Below, one piece after another: positions 1-8,687 of a stretch of DNA of 64,000 bases. Origin of the DNA: a virus; the IMG/VR virus record IMGVR_UViG_3300005471_000012, positions 27,149-91,148 of that record; one strand, given 5' to 3'. Position 1 is the stretch's first letter, and every line of letters starts with the position of its first letter. The position numbers were made by a program, and so were the translations under genes. The notes beneath the pieces are model-generated. The model worked only from the letters and a program-made list of their open reading frames with translations, was not told the DNA's origin and did no database searches.

Positions 1-201
1 CGGCTCCCGGGTCACGTGCCGGATGTCAAGGCCGGCGGCACCGATCGAGCCAAGGCCGATCGCCCCGCTGCCGGGGCTGGCCAGCTTGCTGCGCCGTGTC
101 ATCGTCTCGCCGCCTCCCGTCATCGCGCCGCCGCCCTCCTTGATCACGATATGCCATCGGGTTAATGGCGTCGGGGCCGACCCGGACGCGCCGCTACGCC
201 G

Positions 202-230
202 ATGATACGCGATTCTGATAACGCTGTCTA
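202..230 (-). promoter_or_regulatory. sigma70/SigA-like promoter (family member P0), reading leftwards out of the window
   Basis: Minus strand TAGACA-17nt-TATCAT; same architecture as five promoters in the leftward array. Confidence 0.6.
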
Positions 231-253
231 GTATCCTCCGAGGAGGTGCCGCC

Positions 254-787
254 ATGCCGCGCAGCCGCACCGTCGCCGATCGTGAACGCGATGCCAAAGC
301 CCTGTCCCTGCGCGCCCGCGGGTACACGCACCGGCAGATTTCCGCGCAGCTCGGCTGGAAATCACCCGCGTCCGCCGTCGGCGCCTGCACCCGCGCCATG
401 CAGGACATGTACCGGGAGGATATAGACAAATGGCGCCAGATTGAGCTGGACAAGCTCGATGACCTGACCCGCGAGGCCTGGGACGCGATGCAGGAAGCCC
501 ACTACCTCGTCTCCCAGGGCAAGGTGGTCAAGGACGACGACGGCACGATGCTCGTCAACGCCGTCGACAAAGTCAGCCAGCTCGGCACGCTTCTGCTGAA
601 GATCAGCGAGTCCCGCCGAAAGCTGCTCGGCATCGACGCCCCGCCGCAGAAGGCGCCGACGCCCGATAATCTTGATGCCGAGATCGAGACGCTGGTCAAG
701 CAGCTTTCGGGTCTGGGCGACGTGCCGAAGCAGGTGGCGGACGGCACGGTGGCCGCTATCGAGAGCGCGGCCCCGCCGGGGGCCTGA
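254..787 (+). CDS. terS: terminase small subunit (N-terminal HTH)
   Basis: GAGGAGG RBS; HTH-like start (RDAKALSLRARGYTHRQISAQLGW); RRKLLGIDAP motif typical of phage TerS; directly upstream of TerL. Confidence 0.8.
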   Translation: MPRSRTVADRERDAKALSLRARGYTHRQISAQLGWKSPASAVGACTRAMQDMYREDIDKWRQIELDKLDDLTREAWDAMQEAHYLVSQGKVVKDDDGTMLVNAVDKVSQLGTLLLKISESRRKLLGIDAPPQKAPTPDNLDAEIETLVKQLSGLGDVPKQVADGTVAAIESAAPPGA

Positions 788-794
788 GGCCGCA

Positions 795-3302
795 GTGCCG
801 CAGCCATCGTGGGATCAGCTTCCGCCTCATGCGAAGCAGCAGCTCCGCGACCGGCTCGCGGCTGAGCTGGCGGTGCGGCGCAGTACCACCCCCCGGCCGT
901 GGCGGAAGCTGGCGCGGCCGAAGCAGCTGCCGCCGGACGACCCGCGGCACTGCCTGCCGGATGCGAACGGCTACAAATGCGGGTGCGACAAGCCCGATAT
1001 GACCTTCAATGTCTGGCTCGTGATGGCCGGGCGCGGGCTGGGCAAAACGTGGCAAGGCGCCCAGTGGCTAACGGAACAGGCAATTCGGTATCCAGGGACA
1101 GAGTGGGCCGTGGTGGCCCCAACCTTCAGGGACGTGCGCAAAACGGCTATAGAGGGCACAACGGGCATTCTGGCAGCACTCCAGCCGGGCGAGCTGGCCA
1201 GCTATCACCGCAACGAGCTGATGATCACCCTCGCGGGAGGGTCCCACCTGTTCGGCTACTCGGCCGATAATCCGGAGCGCCTGCGGGGCGCCAACCTGTC
1301 CGGTGCATGGTGCGTCGCCCGGGGGGAACCCGTACTCACATCTCGCGGGCCCGTGCCGATTGAGGACGTGCGACCCGGCATGAGGGTGTGGACGCGGCAG
1401 GGATGGCGCCGGGTGCTCGCGCAGCGGCTGATGGCCCGCGCCGCGCCCGTTGTGCGCGTCGTTACAGACGGAGGGGCGAGCGTCCGGGTCACGGCAGGCC
1501 ACCGGATTTGGACGCAACACGCCGGGTGGATGGAAGCACGAACGCTGGCCCCTGGCGATATTCTTAATGTATGGAATTCGCCTACGGGCCACCGGCCTGG
1601 ATCGAATGGGAGGGCGTCCGCTTCTATCGCCGCAGCAAGAGCGGCCATTACGCGGATCGCACCGGCTGCCTGCTTCACGTCGCCGTCTGGGAGCGCGCCC
1701 ATAAGCGACGGATACCTGACGGCCACGCTGTGCATCACAAGGACGAAGATAAGGTCAACAACGGCGCCGGCAACCTCGAACTGCTCACCAAGGCCGAGCA
1801 CACCAGGCACCATAACCTCACCGAGCCCCGCGGCATTGCCGTCCTCGCCACAGCCGAGCGGTCCGGCATATCGCGCAACTCATGGGCCAACCGGCCGGAG
1901 CGCGATTTCGCCTGTAACGTCTGCGGCACCTCGTTCAAATCCAAGGGCCAGCGGGCCATGTACTGCTCGCCCAACTGCCGCGCCGCCGCCTTCCGCGCTG
2001 ATCACCGCAAACGCGGACAGGACGCGCTGGCCGACCGGCAATGCGAATGGTGCGGCGACAGCTTCACCCCGCCAGACCGGCGCACCGTCTATTGCGGCCC
2101 CGCCTGCCGCCAGAGGGCAGGAGACGGCGCGAAGCGCGCCCGCAACCGCGCACGGCTGGGAATTCCGGCCTGCGCAGCCTGCGGCAACCTGTTCACCCCC
2201 AAGGACGGTCGCCAGCGATTCTGCTCCGGTCTCTGCCGTCAGCGGCATGCGCGTCGCGAGGCTCGAGCCCGCTGGGCGGGCTGACGTATACGACCTCCAG
2301 GTCGAGGGCGTTCACGAGTTCGTCGTCGGCCGCATCCTGGTCCATAACTGCGATGAGCTAGGTTCGTGGCGGTACCCGCAGACCTGGTACGAGGGCCTCA
2401 TGCCCGCCTTGCGGGTAGGCGAGTTCCCCCGGGTGGTCGTCACGACGACCCCCCGACTCGTCCCGCTGATCAGGGACCTGGTCGGCCGCGATGACGGCTC
2501 TGTGCACATTACCCGCGGGTCGACGTGGGAGAACGCCGACAACCTGTCTGCGGCGGCGCTCGCGGAACTCCGGCACCGCTACGGCGGCACGAGGCTGGGC
2601 CGGCAAGAGCTCGAAGGCGAGCTCCTCGAGGACGTTGATGGCGCACTGTGGGCCCGCGATGACATTGACGCGGCCCGCGTGAAGCTCGGCGAGGTGCCGC
2701 AGCTGCACCGCGTCGTCGTCGCGATCGACCCGGCCACCACGTCGGGCGAGGATTCCGACCAGACGGGCATCGTGGTCGTCGGGGAGGGCCCGGGCGGGCA
2801 CGGCTACGTGCTGGCCGACCTGACGTTCCGGGGCACCCCGGATGCGACGATGCGCAAGGCGGTCGGCGCCTACCATCAGTACCAGGCCGACTCGGTCGTG
2901 GCAGAGGTCAACAACGGCGGGGATTACATCCGGTCCCTGCTGCGGACCGTTGACCCGCAGATCCCGTACCGGTCGGTGCGGGCGACCCGCGGCAAGCGGA
3001 CCCGGGCCGAGCCGGTGTCTGCGCTGTACGAACAGCGCAGAATGCACCATGTCGGGGTGTTCCCGGAGCTAGAGGACGAGATGTGCTCGTGGACTCCGGA
3101 TAGCCTCCTGGGCAGCCCGGACCGCATGGACGCACTTGTCTGGGGGTGTACCGAGCTGCGCGGCCTGTCGGTCGGCTCGTGGCGTGAAGCATACGGCGTG
3201 ATCATTTGCGCTACCTGCCAGGAGCCATACATGCCGGAAGGCAAGACGGCCTGCCCGTGGTGCGGCGCCGACGTTCCGGGTGAGGCCGAGGTGCCAGCGT
3301 GA
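795..3302 (+). CDS. terL: terminase large subunit containing an intein
   Basis: Walker A AGRGLGKT; RLRGANLSGAW..CDE Walker B split by the intein; VVVTTTP motif III; nuclease motifs VVAIDPA, AEVNNGGD, SPDRMDAL; likely GTG start at 795 after GAGG. Confidence 0.95.
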   Translation: MPQPSWDQLPPHAKQQLRDRLAAELAVRRSTTPRPWRKLARPKQLPPDDPRHCLPDANGYKCGCDKPDMTFNVWLVMAGRGLGKTWQGAQWLTEQAIRYPGTEWAVVAPTFRDVRKTAIEGTTGILAALQPGELASYHRNELMITLAGGSHLFGYSADNPERLRGANLSGAWCVARGEPVLTSRGPVPIEDVRPGMRVWTRQGWRRVLAQRLMARAAPVVRVVTDGGASVRVTAGHRIWTQHAGWMEARTLAPGDILNVWNSPTGHRPGSNGRASASIAAARAAITRIAPAACFTSPSGSAPISDGYLTATLCITRTKIRSTTAPATSNCSPRPSTPGTITSPSPAALPSSPQPSGPAYRATHGPTGRSAISPVTSAAPRSNPRASGPCTARPTAAPPPSALITANADRTRWPTGNANGAATASPRQTGAPSIAAPPAARGQETARSAPATAHGWEFRPAQPAATCSPPRTVASDSAPVSAVSGMRVARLEPAGRADVYDLQVEGVHEFVVGRILVHNCDELGSWRYPQTWYEGLMPALRVGEFPRVVVTTTPRLVPLIRDLVGRDDGSVHITRGSTWENADNLSAAALAELRHRYGGTRLGRQELEGELLEDVDGALWARDDIDAARVKLGEVPQLHRVVVAIDPATTSGEDSDQTGIVVVGEGPGGHGYVLADLTFRGTPDATMRKAVGAYHQYQADSVVAEVNNGGDYIRSLLRTVDPQIPYRSVRATRGKRTRAEPVSALYEQRRMHHVGVFPELEDEMCSWTPDSLLGSPDRMDALVWGCTELRGLSVGSWREAYGVIICATCQEPYMPEGKTACPWCGADVPGEAEVPA
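1311..2348 (+). mobile_element. intein (346 aa) in TerL
   Basis: Block A CVARGEPVLT; block B VRVTAGHRIW; block F DVYDLQVEGVHEF; terminal VHN followed by extein Cys; excision restores AW-CDE. Confidence 0.92.
1571..2284 (+). CDS. HNH homing endonuclease with three CxxC..(Y/F)CxxxC Zn-finger repeats, in an alternative frame inside the intein
   Basis: HVAVWE...VHHKDEDKVNN..NLELL...EH HNH motif; GC3-rich codons in this frame; offset +2 relative to the TerL frame. Confidence 0.88.
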   Translation: MEFAYGPPAWIEWEGVRFYRRSKSGHYADRTGCLLHVAVWERAHKRRIPDGHAVHHKDEDKVNNGAGNLELLTKAEHTRHHNLTEPRGIAVLATAERSGISRNSWANRPERDFACNVCGTSFKSKGQRAMYCSPNCRAAAFRADHRKRGQDALADRQCEWCGDSFTPPDRRTVYCGPACRQRAGDGAKRARNRARLGIPACAACGNLFTPKDGRQRFCSGLCRQRHARREARARWAG

Positions 3303-3598
3303 CGCGAACCCCGGGCACCGGCACCTGGACCGAGGCGTACACGCCCCCTGCGCGGACCTACACGGGCGTCTGCAAGGGCGGCCCGGCGGACGGGCAGCGT
3401 CATACCCTCCCGGCCCGGCTGCCCCCGCAGGTGCGGTTCTACGCCCTCCCGGAGGCCCGCCGCGGCCGGTCCGTGGTCCTGTCCAGGTACGTGCTGATTG
3501 GCATGTTCACGGCCGGGGAACTGACGTACAACTACCAGGGGACTTACGAAAAGCCCGGCCCGGTACTCGGCGACAAGGCCAACCCCGCATGGTCGTGA
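3299..3598 (+). CDS. hypothetical protein
   Basis: GTGA overlap with terL stop and with the next gene. Confidence 0.6.
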   Translation: MTRTPGTGTWTEAYTPPARTYTGVCKGGPADGQRHTLPARLPPQVRFYALPEARRGRSVVLSRYVLIGMFTAGELTYNYQGTYEKPGPVLGDKANPAWS

Positions 3599-4263
3599 CC
3601 GCCGTGACGGCGAAGACGTGCCCACGGTGCGGCCTCGACAAGCCGCTTAGCTACTTCCACCGCGACGACAGTCGGCGCGATGGCCTGCAGCCCTACTGCA
3701 GGAAGTGCAAGCGGGAACTCGGCAGGGCGCTAGCAGCCGGCCGCGCCGCCCGGCCGGCGGAAGTCGACCTGACCACTACCAAGCGATGCTGTCGCTGCGG
3801 CGAGACGAAGGCGCTAGCCGAGTTCCACCGGAACCGCCGGACTGCGCACGGCGTCCAGACTTACTGCAAGCCCTGCATGAAAACGGTCAACAAGGCATGG
3901 TCCGAAGCTCACCCTCGCCGACGGCAGGAGATCAGTCGGCAGGCTGCCGAGCGGCGCTGGGAGAAACGGCTGCTAGCAGCAGCCGGCCGCCGCGCCGCCC
4001 GCGACGGGATCGCGTTCACGATCACCGAGGCCGACGTCACCATCCCGGAGACCTGCCCCGTCCTGGGCATGCCGCTTGTGATGGGTCACGGCCGGCACGG
4101 ACCTGATAGCGCCAGCCTCGACAAGATCGACCCAATGCTCGGCTACATCCCCGGAAACGTGCACGTCATCAGCTTGCGGGCAAACATGCTCAAGTCGAAC
4201 GCAACCCCCGGCGAACTGCTGAAACTCGCCGAATGGGTCTTGCAAGGAGAATCCCCCAGATAA
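3595..4263 (+). CDS. free-standing HNH (His-Me finger) endonuclease with two N-terminal CxxC..CxxC domains
   Basis: KTCPRCG..YCRKC repeated twice; CPVLG..SLDKIDP..GY..GNV.VIS..AN..K motif. Confidence 0.8.
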   Translation: MTAVTAKTCPRCGLDKPLSYFHRDDSRRDGLQPYCRKCKRELGRALAAGRAARPAEVDLTTTKRCCRCGETKALAEFHRNRRTAHGVQTYCKPCMKTVNKAWSEAHPRRRQEISRQAAERRWEKRLLAAAGRRAARDGIAFTITEADVTIPETCPVLGMPLVMGHGRHGPDSASLDKIDPMLGYIPGNVHVISLRANMLKSNATPGELLKLAEWVLQGESPR

Positions 4264-4441
4264 GGGGGGGCGCTCAGGGATGGGTGTCCGGCCTGGCAAA
4301 CGCTGCGGCGGCAAGGCCGGCGGGCGGCCACAGCCCGGAAGTGGCTCCCTGCCCTCCCGTCGTCACGGTAAAAGCCGGCGGGGCGCCAGCCGCCTGCGCG
4401 GCTGGCGTCCCGTCAGCCACGGCAACTGAAAGGCTGGCCAG

Positions 4442-4636
4442 ATGGCAGACGCAACCGCCGCGAAGGTGATCGCAGCGCTCCGCACCCGGTCCGACGCCCT
4501 CCTGGCCGGCGCGCAGCATCTTTACGACAGCGAGATCACCGCCGGTGACCTGGCGATGGTGCCGGTCATGCGGGAGCTAGCCGGCGAATTCTCCGCCCTG
4601 GCGCGCGAGATCGAAGGCCTCGCGGACGGGAAGTAA
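4442..4636 (+). CDS. hypothetical protein
   Basis: GAAAGG RBS; GC3-rich codons. Confidence 0.55.
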   Translation: MADATAAKVIAALRTRSDALLAGAQHLYDSEITAGDLAMVPVMRELAGEFSALAREIEGLADGK

Positions 4637-4665
4637 GCAATGGCCGGCGCCGTGACGGGGGCAAC

Positions 4666-5046
4666 GTGACCTGGGACGGTGACCTGGACGCCACGCCGCT
4701 CAGCGAGGACATGGCCCCGGCTGAGATCAACCGGGTGATGATCGCGACCCGGCGGATCGCGTGGGCCAAAGTCAGCGAGCTGCGGGACCTGGCGGCCCGG
4801 AAAGCTGAGGCGAAACGCGCGGCGAAAGTCGCTTACGCGAAAGCGCTGCTTTCCGCGGACGGCCCGGTGGAGATCCGCAAAGCACATGCGGTGATCGCCG
4901 CGGCGGACGCGCAGTTTGACTACGACGTGGCCGAGGAACTGGTGACGGCGTGCCGGGAGGCGCTGGACGCCGTGCACGACGACTTCGAGGCGGTCCGCTC
5001 GATTAACGCCGACTACCGGGCCGAGCGGTCAGGCCGGGCTTCCTGA
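4666..5046 (+). CDS. hypothetical helical/coiled-coil protein
   Basis: GGGGG RBS; GC3-rich codons. Confidence 0.6.
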   Translation: MTWDGDLDATPLSEDMAPAEINRVMIATRRIAWAKVSELRDLAARKAEAKRAAKVAYAKALLSADGPVEIRKAHAVIAAADAQFDYDVAEELVTACREALDAVHDDFEAVRSINADYRAERSGRAS

Positions 5047-5096
5047 GCGCGACCTGCATCCGGCTGGTGGCCGGCCTGACCGCAGCGCGTGCGGAT

Positions 5097-5723
5097 TCAG
5101 CGGTACAGGTTGCCCGGGTTGCGGTCGGTGACCATGCCCAGGATGTCGACCGGCACCAGCGCGGTAAGGTCCGGCGTGTCATCAGCAGCGGCGATGATCT
5201 CGCCGGACGGCCAGCCGCCCATGGGCAGGCTGAACAGGATGTTCCAGCCGGATCGGTCCAGCGGGCTGATCATCTCCACGAACCGCCGGGCCGGGCCCGA
5301 CATCTTGAAGCTGGGCGTCAGCTCCACTGGCGGGCCGCCCCGGCTGACCGGCTTGCCAGCGTCCCAGATGCTGCCGGAACCGTGCGGGCGCAGTTGCATG
5401 GCAATCGCCGGGCCGACCCGGATACCGGGCAGGTGGTCGACGTAGGACCAGATGGTGGGGTCCACGCAGGCCGCCAGCGGGTCATACACGTCATCGCCGA
5501 GGACGATCCATGAATGCTGGCTGCCGACACCGGGGGCGAATCCGCGGGCGATCCGCCCGGGGCCGAAGACGCCGGTGCGGAGAAGCCGCAGGGAGATGTG
5601 GTGGCAGCCATGGGCCCACTTGGCGAACGGGGTGTCGATAAGTTCGGCGAGACGGTCAGTATCGGCCGCGATGGCATGGAGTTGCACGAGCGTCAGGGGG
5701 GTTCTCGCGGCTGGCTGGGTCAT
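5097..5723 (-). CDS. hypothetical protein
   Basis: AGGAGG RBS; GC3-rich codons. Confidence 0.7.
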   Translation of the reverse strand: MTQPAARTPLTLVQLHAIAADTDRLAELIDTPFAKWAHGCHHISLRLLRTGVFGPGRIARGFAPGVGSQHSWIVLGDDVYDPLAACVDPTIWSYVDHLPGIRVGPAIAMQLRPHGSGSIWDAGKPVSRGGPPVELTPSFKMSGPARRFVEMISPLDRSGWNILFSLPMGGWPSGEIIAAADDTPDLTALVPVDILGMVTDRNPGNLYR

Positions 5724-5807
5724 CTTTCCTCCTAGTTAGTCCGGTCCGGGTGGGTCGGGTTCCCTGATCGCAGCGCGCACGGCGGACCCGTGAACGCTGG
5801 CGGCGGG

Positions 5808-6083
5808 TCAGCCGGCTAGGCGGGCCGCCGCGCCTGGTTCGCACAGGCAGCAAAGATCGCCGGGGGCGCGATCCGGATCCCGCCCGCAGCGCCACGAGCA
5901 CGGCTGGGAGATGCAGTCGCCGTAGGTGCGGTGAACGCGCTCGGTCTTCCAGCTCTGGTAGCCAATCCCGCCGGCGGGCGGTATTTTCCACTCCTGGTAG
6001 CGCGTGCCCGGCTCGATCGGCAGCCGGCAGCGGGAGCACCTGTGCCGCTGGCGAGCTGTCCGCTCGCAGACGATGGCGCTCAT
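5808..6083 (-). CDS. small Cys-rich (Zn-binding) protein
   Basis: ARQRHRCSRC..I.PG.RY motif; ATGA coupling. Confidence 0.6.
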   Translation of the reverse strand: MSAIVCERTARQRHRCSRCRLPIEPGTRYQEWKIPPAGGIGYQSWKTERVHRTYGDCISQPCSWRCGRDPDRAPGDLCCLCEPGAAARLAG

Positions 6084-6637
6084 GGCGCGGCCAGGAGCGT
6101 GTCGATTTCCGCGATGCGGGCCGCGAGGCGCTTACGCTCGGCGGCCAGCGCGGCAATGTCAGCCTGCTCGCCGGTGATCGCGTATGTTCCCGGGTTCACG
6201 ACGCTGAGCGCGGCCCGGGGGATGTCCCGGATCTCGGCGATCACGTTGTAGTCGATAGCAAGCGCGGGGTTTTTCATGCTGCCGCCGCTGGACGGCACCC
6301 GGCCCTCGACGACAACGACGCCGTCCGCGAAGCGGACCCCTTGGTCGCGGCCTGGGCGCTCGGCGATCCGCCGCCCGGCGAACGTCGCGTGCTGATAGTC
6401 AGCGAAGTCCTTCAGCTTGATGCGAACGGTGACCAGGTCGGCCGCGTCGGCGGCGCAGCCGTCAGTGCCGAAGATTTCGCGGGCAAGGTCGCGTACCCGG
6501 TCTTCGTCACGGGCGTCGAACTGCCAGCTGGCCCCGTTCCACGACCCGCCCATGGGCTTGGCACGGTTGATGATGCCGGTGTTGTACGGGCAGGTTAGGG
6601 TGACGGTCGTGCCGTTGTTCTCAACGTTTACGTACAT
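6080..6637 (-). CDS. hypothetical protein
   Basis: AAGGGG RBS; N-terminal PYN..K.MGG.W...W.F module common in phage proteins. Confidence 0.7.
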   Translation of the reverse strand: MYVNVENNGTTVTLTCPYNTGIINRAKPMGGSWNGASWQFDARDEDRVRDLAREIFGTDGCAADAADLVTVRIKLKDFADYQHATFAGRRIAERPGRDQGVRFADGVVVVEGRVPSSGGSMKNPALAIDYNVIAEIRDIPRAALSVVNPGTYAITGEQADIAALAAERKRLAARIAEIDTLLAAP

Positions 6638-6652
6638 GGCATTCCCCTTTCT

Positions 6653-6970
6653 CTAGCTGTCGCTCCTGGCTGACTGGTGAGCCGGGCGGACCGAGGCCTG
6701 CCCGAGTGCGGTGAGTTCATAGACGGTATGCGTGCCCTCTGGCGCATGGGCCTCGCGGCAGCTGACGAGTTTCCGGCCGATCAGGTCGGCCAGGATCTTC
6801 TTGACGGCGTCTTCTTTCAGGGGGCTTTCGCCCGGCCGCCAGGCCATCCTGGTAATCTTGCGGGCGCTCGCGGGACGGCGGCGGGAGATGCTGTCAATGG
6901 CATTCATCACCCTCTCCGCCCGTGCGCGGACCACGACCTTGCTGGCATCGTGGTCATCGTTTGCGTACAT
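6653..6970 (-). CDS. putative winged-helix DNA-binding protein
   Basis: VKKILADLIGRKLV....VYELTALG wing-like pattern; GAGGGG RBS. Confidence 0.5.
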   Translation of the reverse strand: MYANDDHDASKVVVRARAERVMNAIDSISRRRPASARKITRMAWRPGESPLKEDAVKKILADLIGRKLVSCREAHAPEGTHTVYELTALGQASVRPAHQSARSDS

Positions 6971-6979
6971 GTCCCCTCG

Positions 6980-7579
6980 CTAGCTGCCGGCCAGGTCGCT
7001 GGCACGTACGGTGATCCCCTCTTCGTCCCCGGCCGGGTCGTAGTCCCAGGCGAGCCATCCGGAGCCTTCCCGGAACACGCCGGGCTCGACTTCGCCGCCG
7101 GTCGTCACCTCGTGCTCCCGGTCTTCCGCGGTCTCGCCGTTCTCAAGCGGCTCGGCGAGACGGGCGAGCGCTTCCCGCAGGTTCCTCTCAAGCCGCCGGC
7201 GGATCTTCTGCCGCCCGTCGCGGATCTCTTCGGCGTGCGCGACGGCGAGCGCCTCGGCGCACAGGCTGATCGCCGCGCCGCTCGTGTCCGCCGCGGTGAA
7301 CCAGTCGACGGACAGCCACTCGCCGCAGCCATGTTGCTTGGACCACTCTTCGATCGCGCCGCCTTGCCCGGCGCCGGTGTCGAGCAGCACCGGGCAGCGG
7401 TCGATGACCCGGGCGACCGGCTGACCGCACTGCGGGCAGGTGTCACCGACCCGGTCGGCCCAGACGATCGCGTAGGCGAGATGCCCGCCGGTGACGATGT
7501 CGCGGCCGGCGAGGATCTCGGCGTGGATGCCCGGCGGCAGCTTCACGGTCACCTGATAGTCGTCATCGTTCATGATCAT
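6980..7579 (-). CDS. hypothetical protein with CxxC motif
   Basis: GGAGGG RBS; GC3-rich codons. Confidence 0.65.
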   Translation of the reverse strand: MIMNDDDYQVTVKLPPGIHAEILAGRDIVTGGHLAYAIVWADRVGDTCPQCGQPVARVIDRCPVLLDTGAGQGGAIEEWSKQHGCGEWLSVDWFTAADTSGAAISLCAEALAVAHAEEIRDGRQKIRRRLERNLREALARLAEPLENGETAEDREHEVTTGGEVEPGVFREGSGWLAWDYDPAGDEEGITVRASDLAGS

Positions 7580-7591
7580 CCCCTCCGTTCG

Positions 7592-7810
7592 TTAGGCCGC
7601 GAGCTGGGAGGCGGGATACGGCCACCGCGCACCCTTCCTGCTGTTACAGGGCCAGCAGGCTGGCCGCTGATTCGCGGGCCACGCCGATCCACCGCGGGCA
7701 AGTGGCTTGACGTGATCCATTAGCGTGGCTGGTGCCTGGCACATCCAGCATCGGCCACCGTAGTAAGCCCAGCGAGCCGCCAGTTGCTCTGGCGTTGCGC
7801 TCCCTGCAGC
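7592..7810 (-). pseudogene. 5'-truncated HNH endonuclease remnant (absent from the ORF track)
   Basis: Translates as AAGSATPEQLAARWAYYGGRCWMCQAPATLMDHVKPLARGGSAWPANQRPACWPCNSRKG..; preceded in frame by TGA. Confidence 0.75.
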
Positions 7811-8069
7811 TCAGCCGGGAACCGTGCTCGTACCGGACGCAAGTCCACGGGTCACCATCCGGGCCGCCGTCAGAGCAGTGATCGAGCCGGTAGCCGATCT
7901 CGTAATAGTCCCTGTCGCTCCTGGGCGCCTGGACCGCGTACGTGACCGTGAGCAGCGAGCCGGGCAGGTCCGGGCGGATGAACCGGACGCTGAAGGACTC
8001 CCCGGCCTGGATGTCGCCGTCGGGCTGCACGCCCGTGCAGTCAGTGCGCCACTGGCCATCGGGCGCCAT
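7644..8069 (-). CDS. hypothetical protein, probably truncated by the junction with the HNH remnant
   Basis: GGAGG RBS; the last ~55 aa read across the HNH remnant out of frame. Confidence 0.5.
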   Translation of the reverse strand: MAPDGQWRTDCTGVQPDGDIQAGESFSVRFIRPDLPGSLLTVTYAVQAPRSDRDYYEIGYRLDHCSDGGPDGDPWTCVRYEHGSRLSCRERNARATGGSLGLLRWPMLDVPGTSHANGSRQATCPRWIGVARESAASLLAL

Positions 8070-8070
8070 A

Positions 8071-8307
8071 TCAGATCACCTCCAGGAATCTGACCGCATC
8101 CATGCCGTACTGGTCCAGCAGGTCCATAACCTGCGCCGCCTTAAGCCCTCTGCGCTGCGCACCTTCCCAGACCGGCTTGGGCGGAAATCCCCAGTCCGCA
8201 GCCAGTAGCTCAATGGTTACCGCCATAACCGCAGCATTCGCGGTGGCACCATTACGTCCGGCCCGAAGGGCTCTTTCGTAGGTCACGATCCGGCCGTAAA
8301 CGCCCAT
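8071..8307 (-). CDS. hypothetical protein
   Basis: TGATG coupling; GGAGG RBS. Confidence 0.6.
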   Translation of the reverse strand: MGVYGRIVTYERALRAGRNGATANAAVMAVTIELLAADWGFPPKPVWEGAQRRGLKAAQVMDLLDQYGMDAVRFLEVI

Positions 8308-8687
8308 CACATTGCCTCCCTTAGTCCGGCTTCCTCCAGCAGTTGCTCGGTGCGTTCCCAGCGCTCCTGAGCGGCCCCCTCGTCGTCGCCGTAGTACTGG
8401 CACTGGTGCTCAAGGCAGAACAGGTCCGGGTCGTCACCCCCGGTATCGGTGATCTCCCGCCCGCAGTAGATGGCGCTGCCGTCCCAGCCATTGGGCCGGA
8501 TCTGCCACGGGCAGCGGCCCTGCTTGCGCAGGCGCCGCTCAACCTTGCTCGGGCGCCCGTTGTCGATTACCTCGCAGGCAGCGTTGTCGGCCCTGACCAC
8601 GCGCTCGCAGACGGCATGGGCCCAGCCATCGTGGTCACCGGAAAGGGGGTGACCGCAGTACATGCAGTCGTTCTCCGCGGCGGCCAT
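8307..8687 (-). CDS. Cys-rich hypothetical protein
   Basis: TGATG coupling; CxxC and CxxH motifs. Confidence 0.6.
   Translation of the reverse strand: MAAAENDCMYCGHPLSGDHDGWAHAVCERVVRADNAACEVIDNGRPSKVERRLRKQGRCPWQIRPNGWDGSAIYCGREITDTGGDDPDLFCLEHQCQYYGDDEGAAQERWERTEQLLEEAGLREAM

Noticed and set aside
672-794. ORF-track start of terL at 672
   Set aside because: It overlaps terS by over 100 bp with Arg-rich off-frame sequence; GTG at 795 has an RBS and follows the terS stop
3280-3594. N-terminal 105 aa of the 327-aa ORF
   Set aside because: Off-frame shadow of gene 3299-3598; the HNH more plausibly starts at 3595 or 3589
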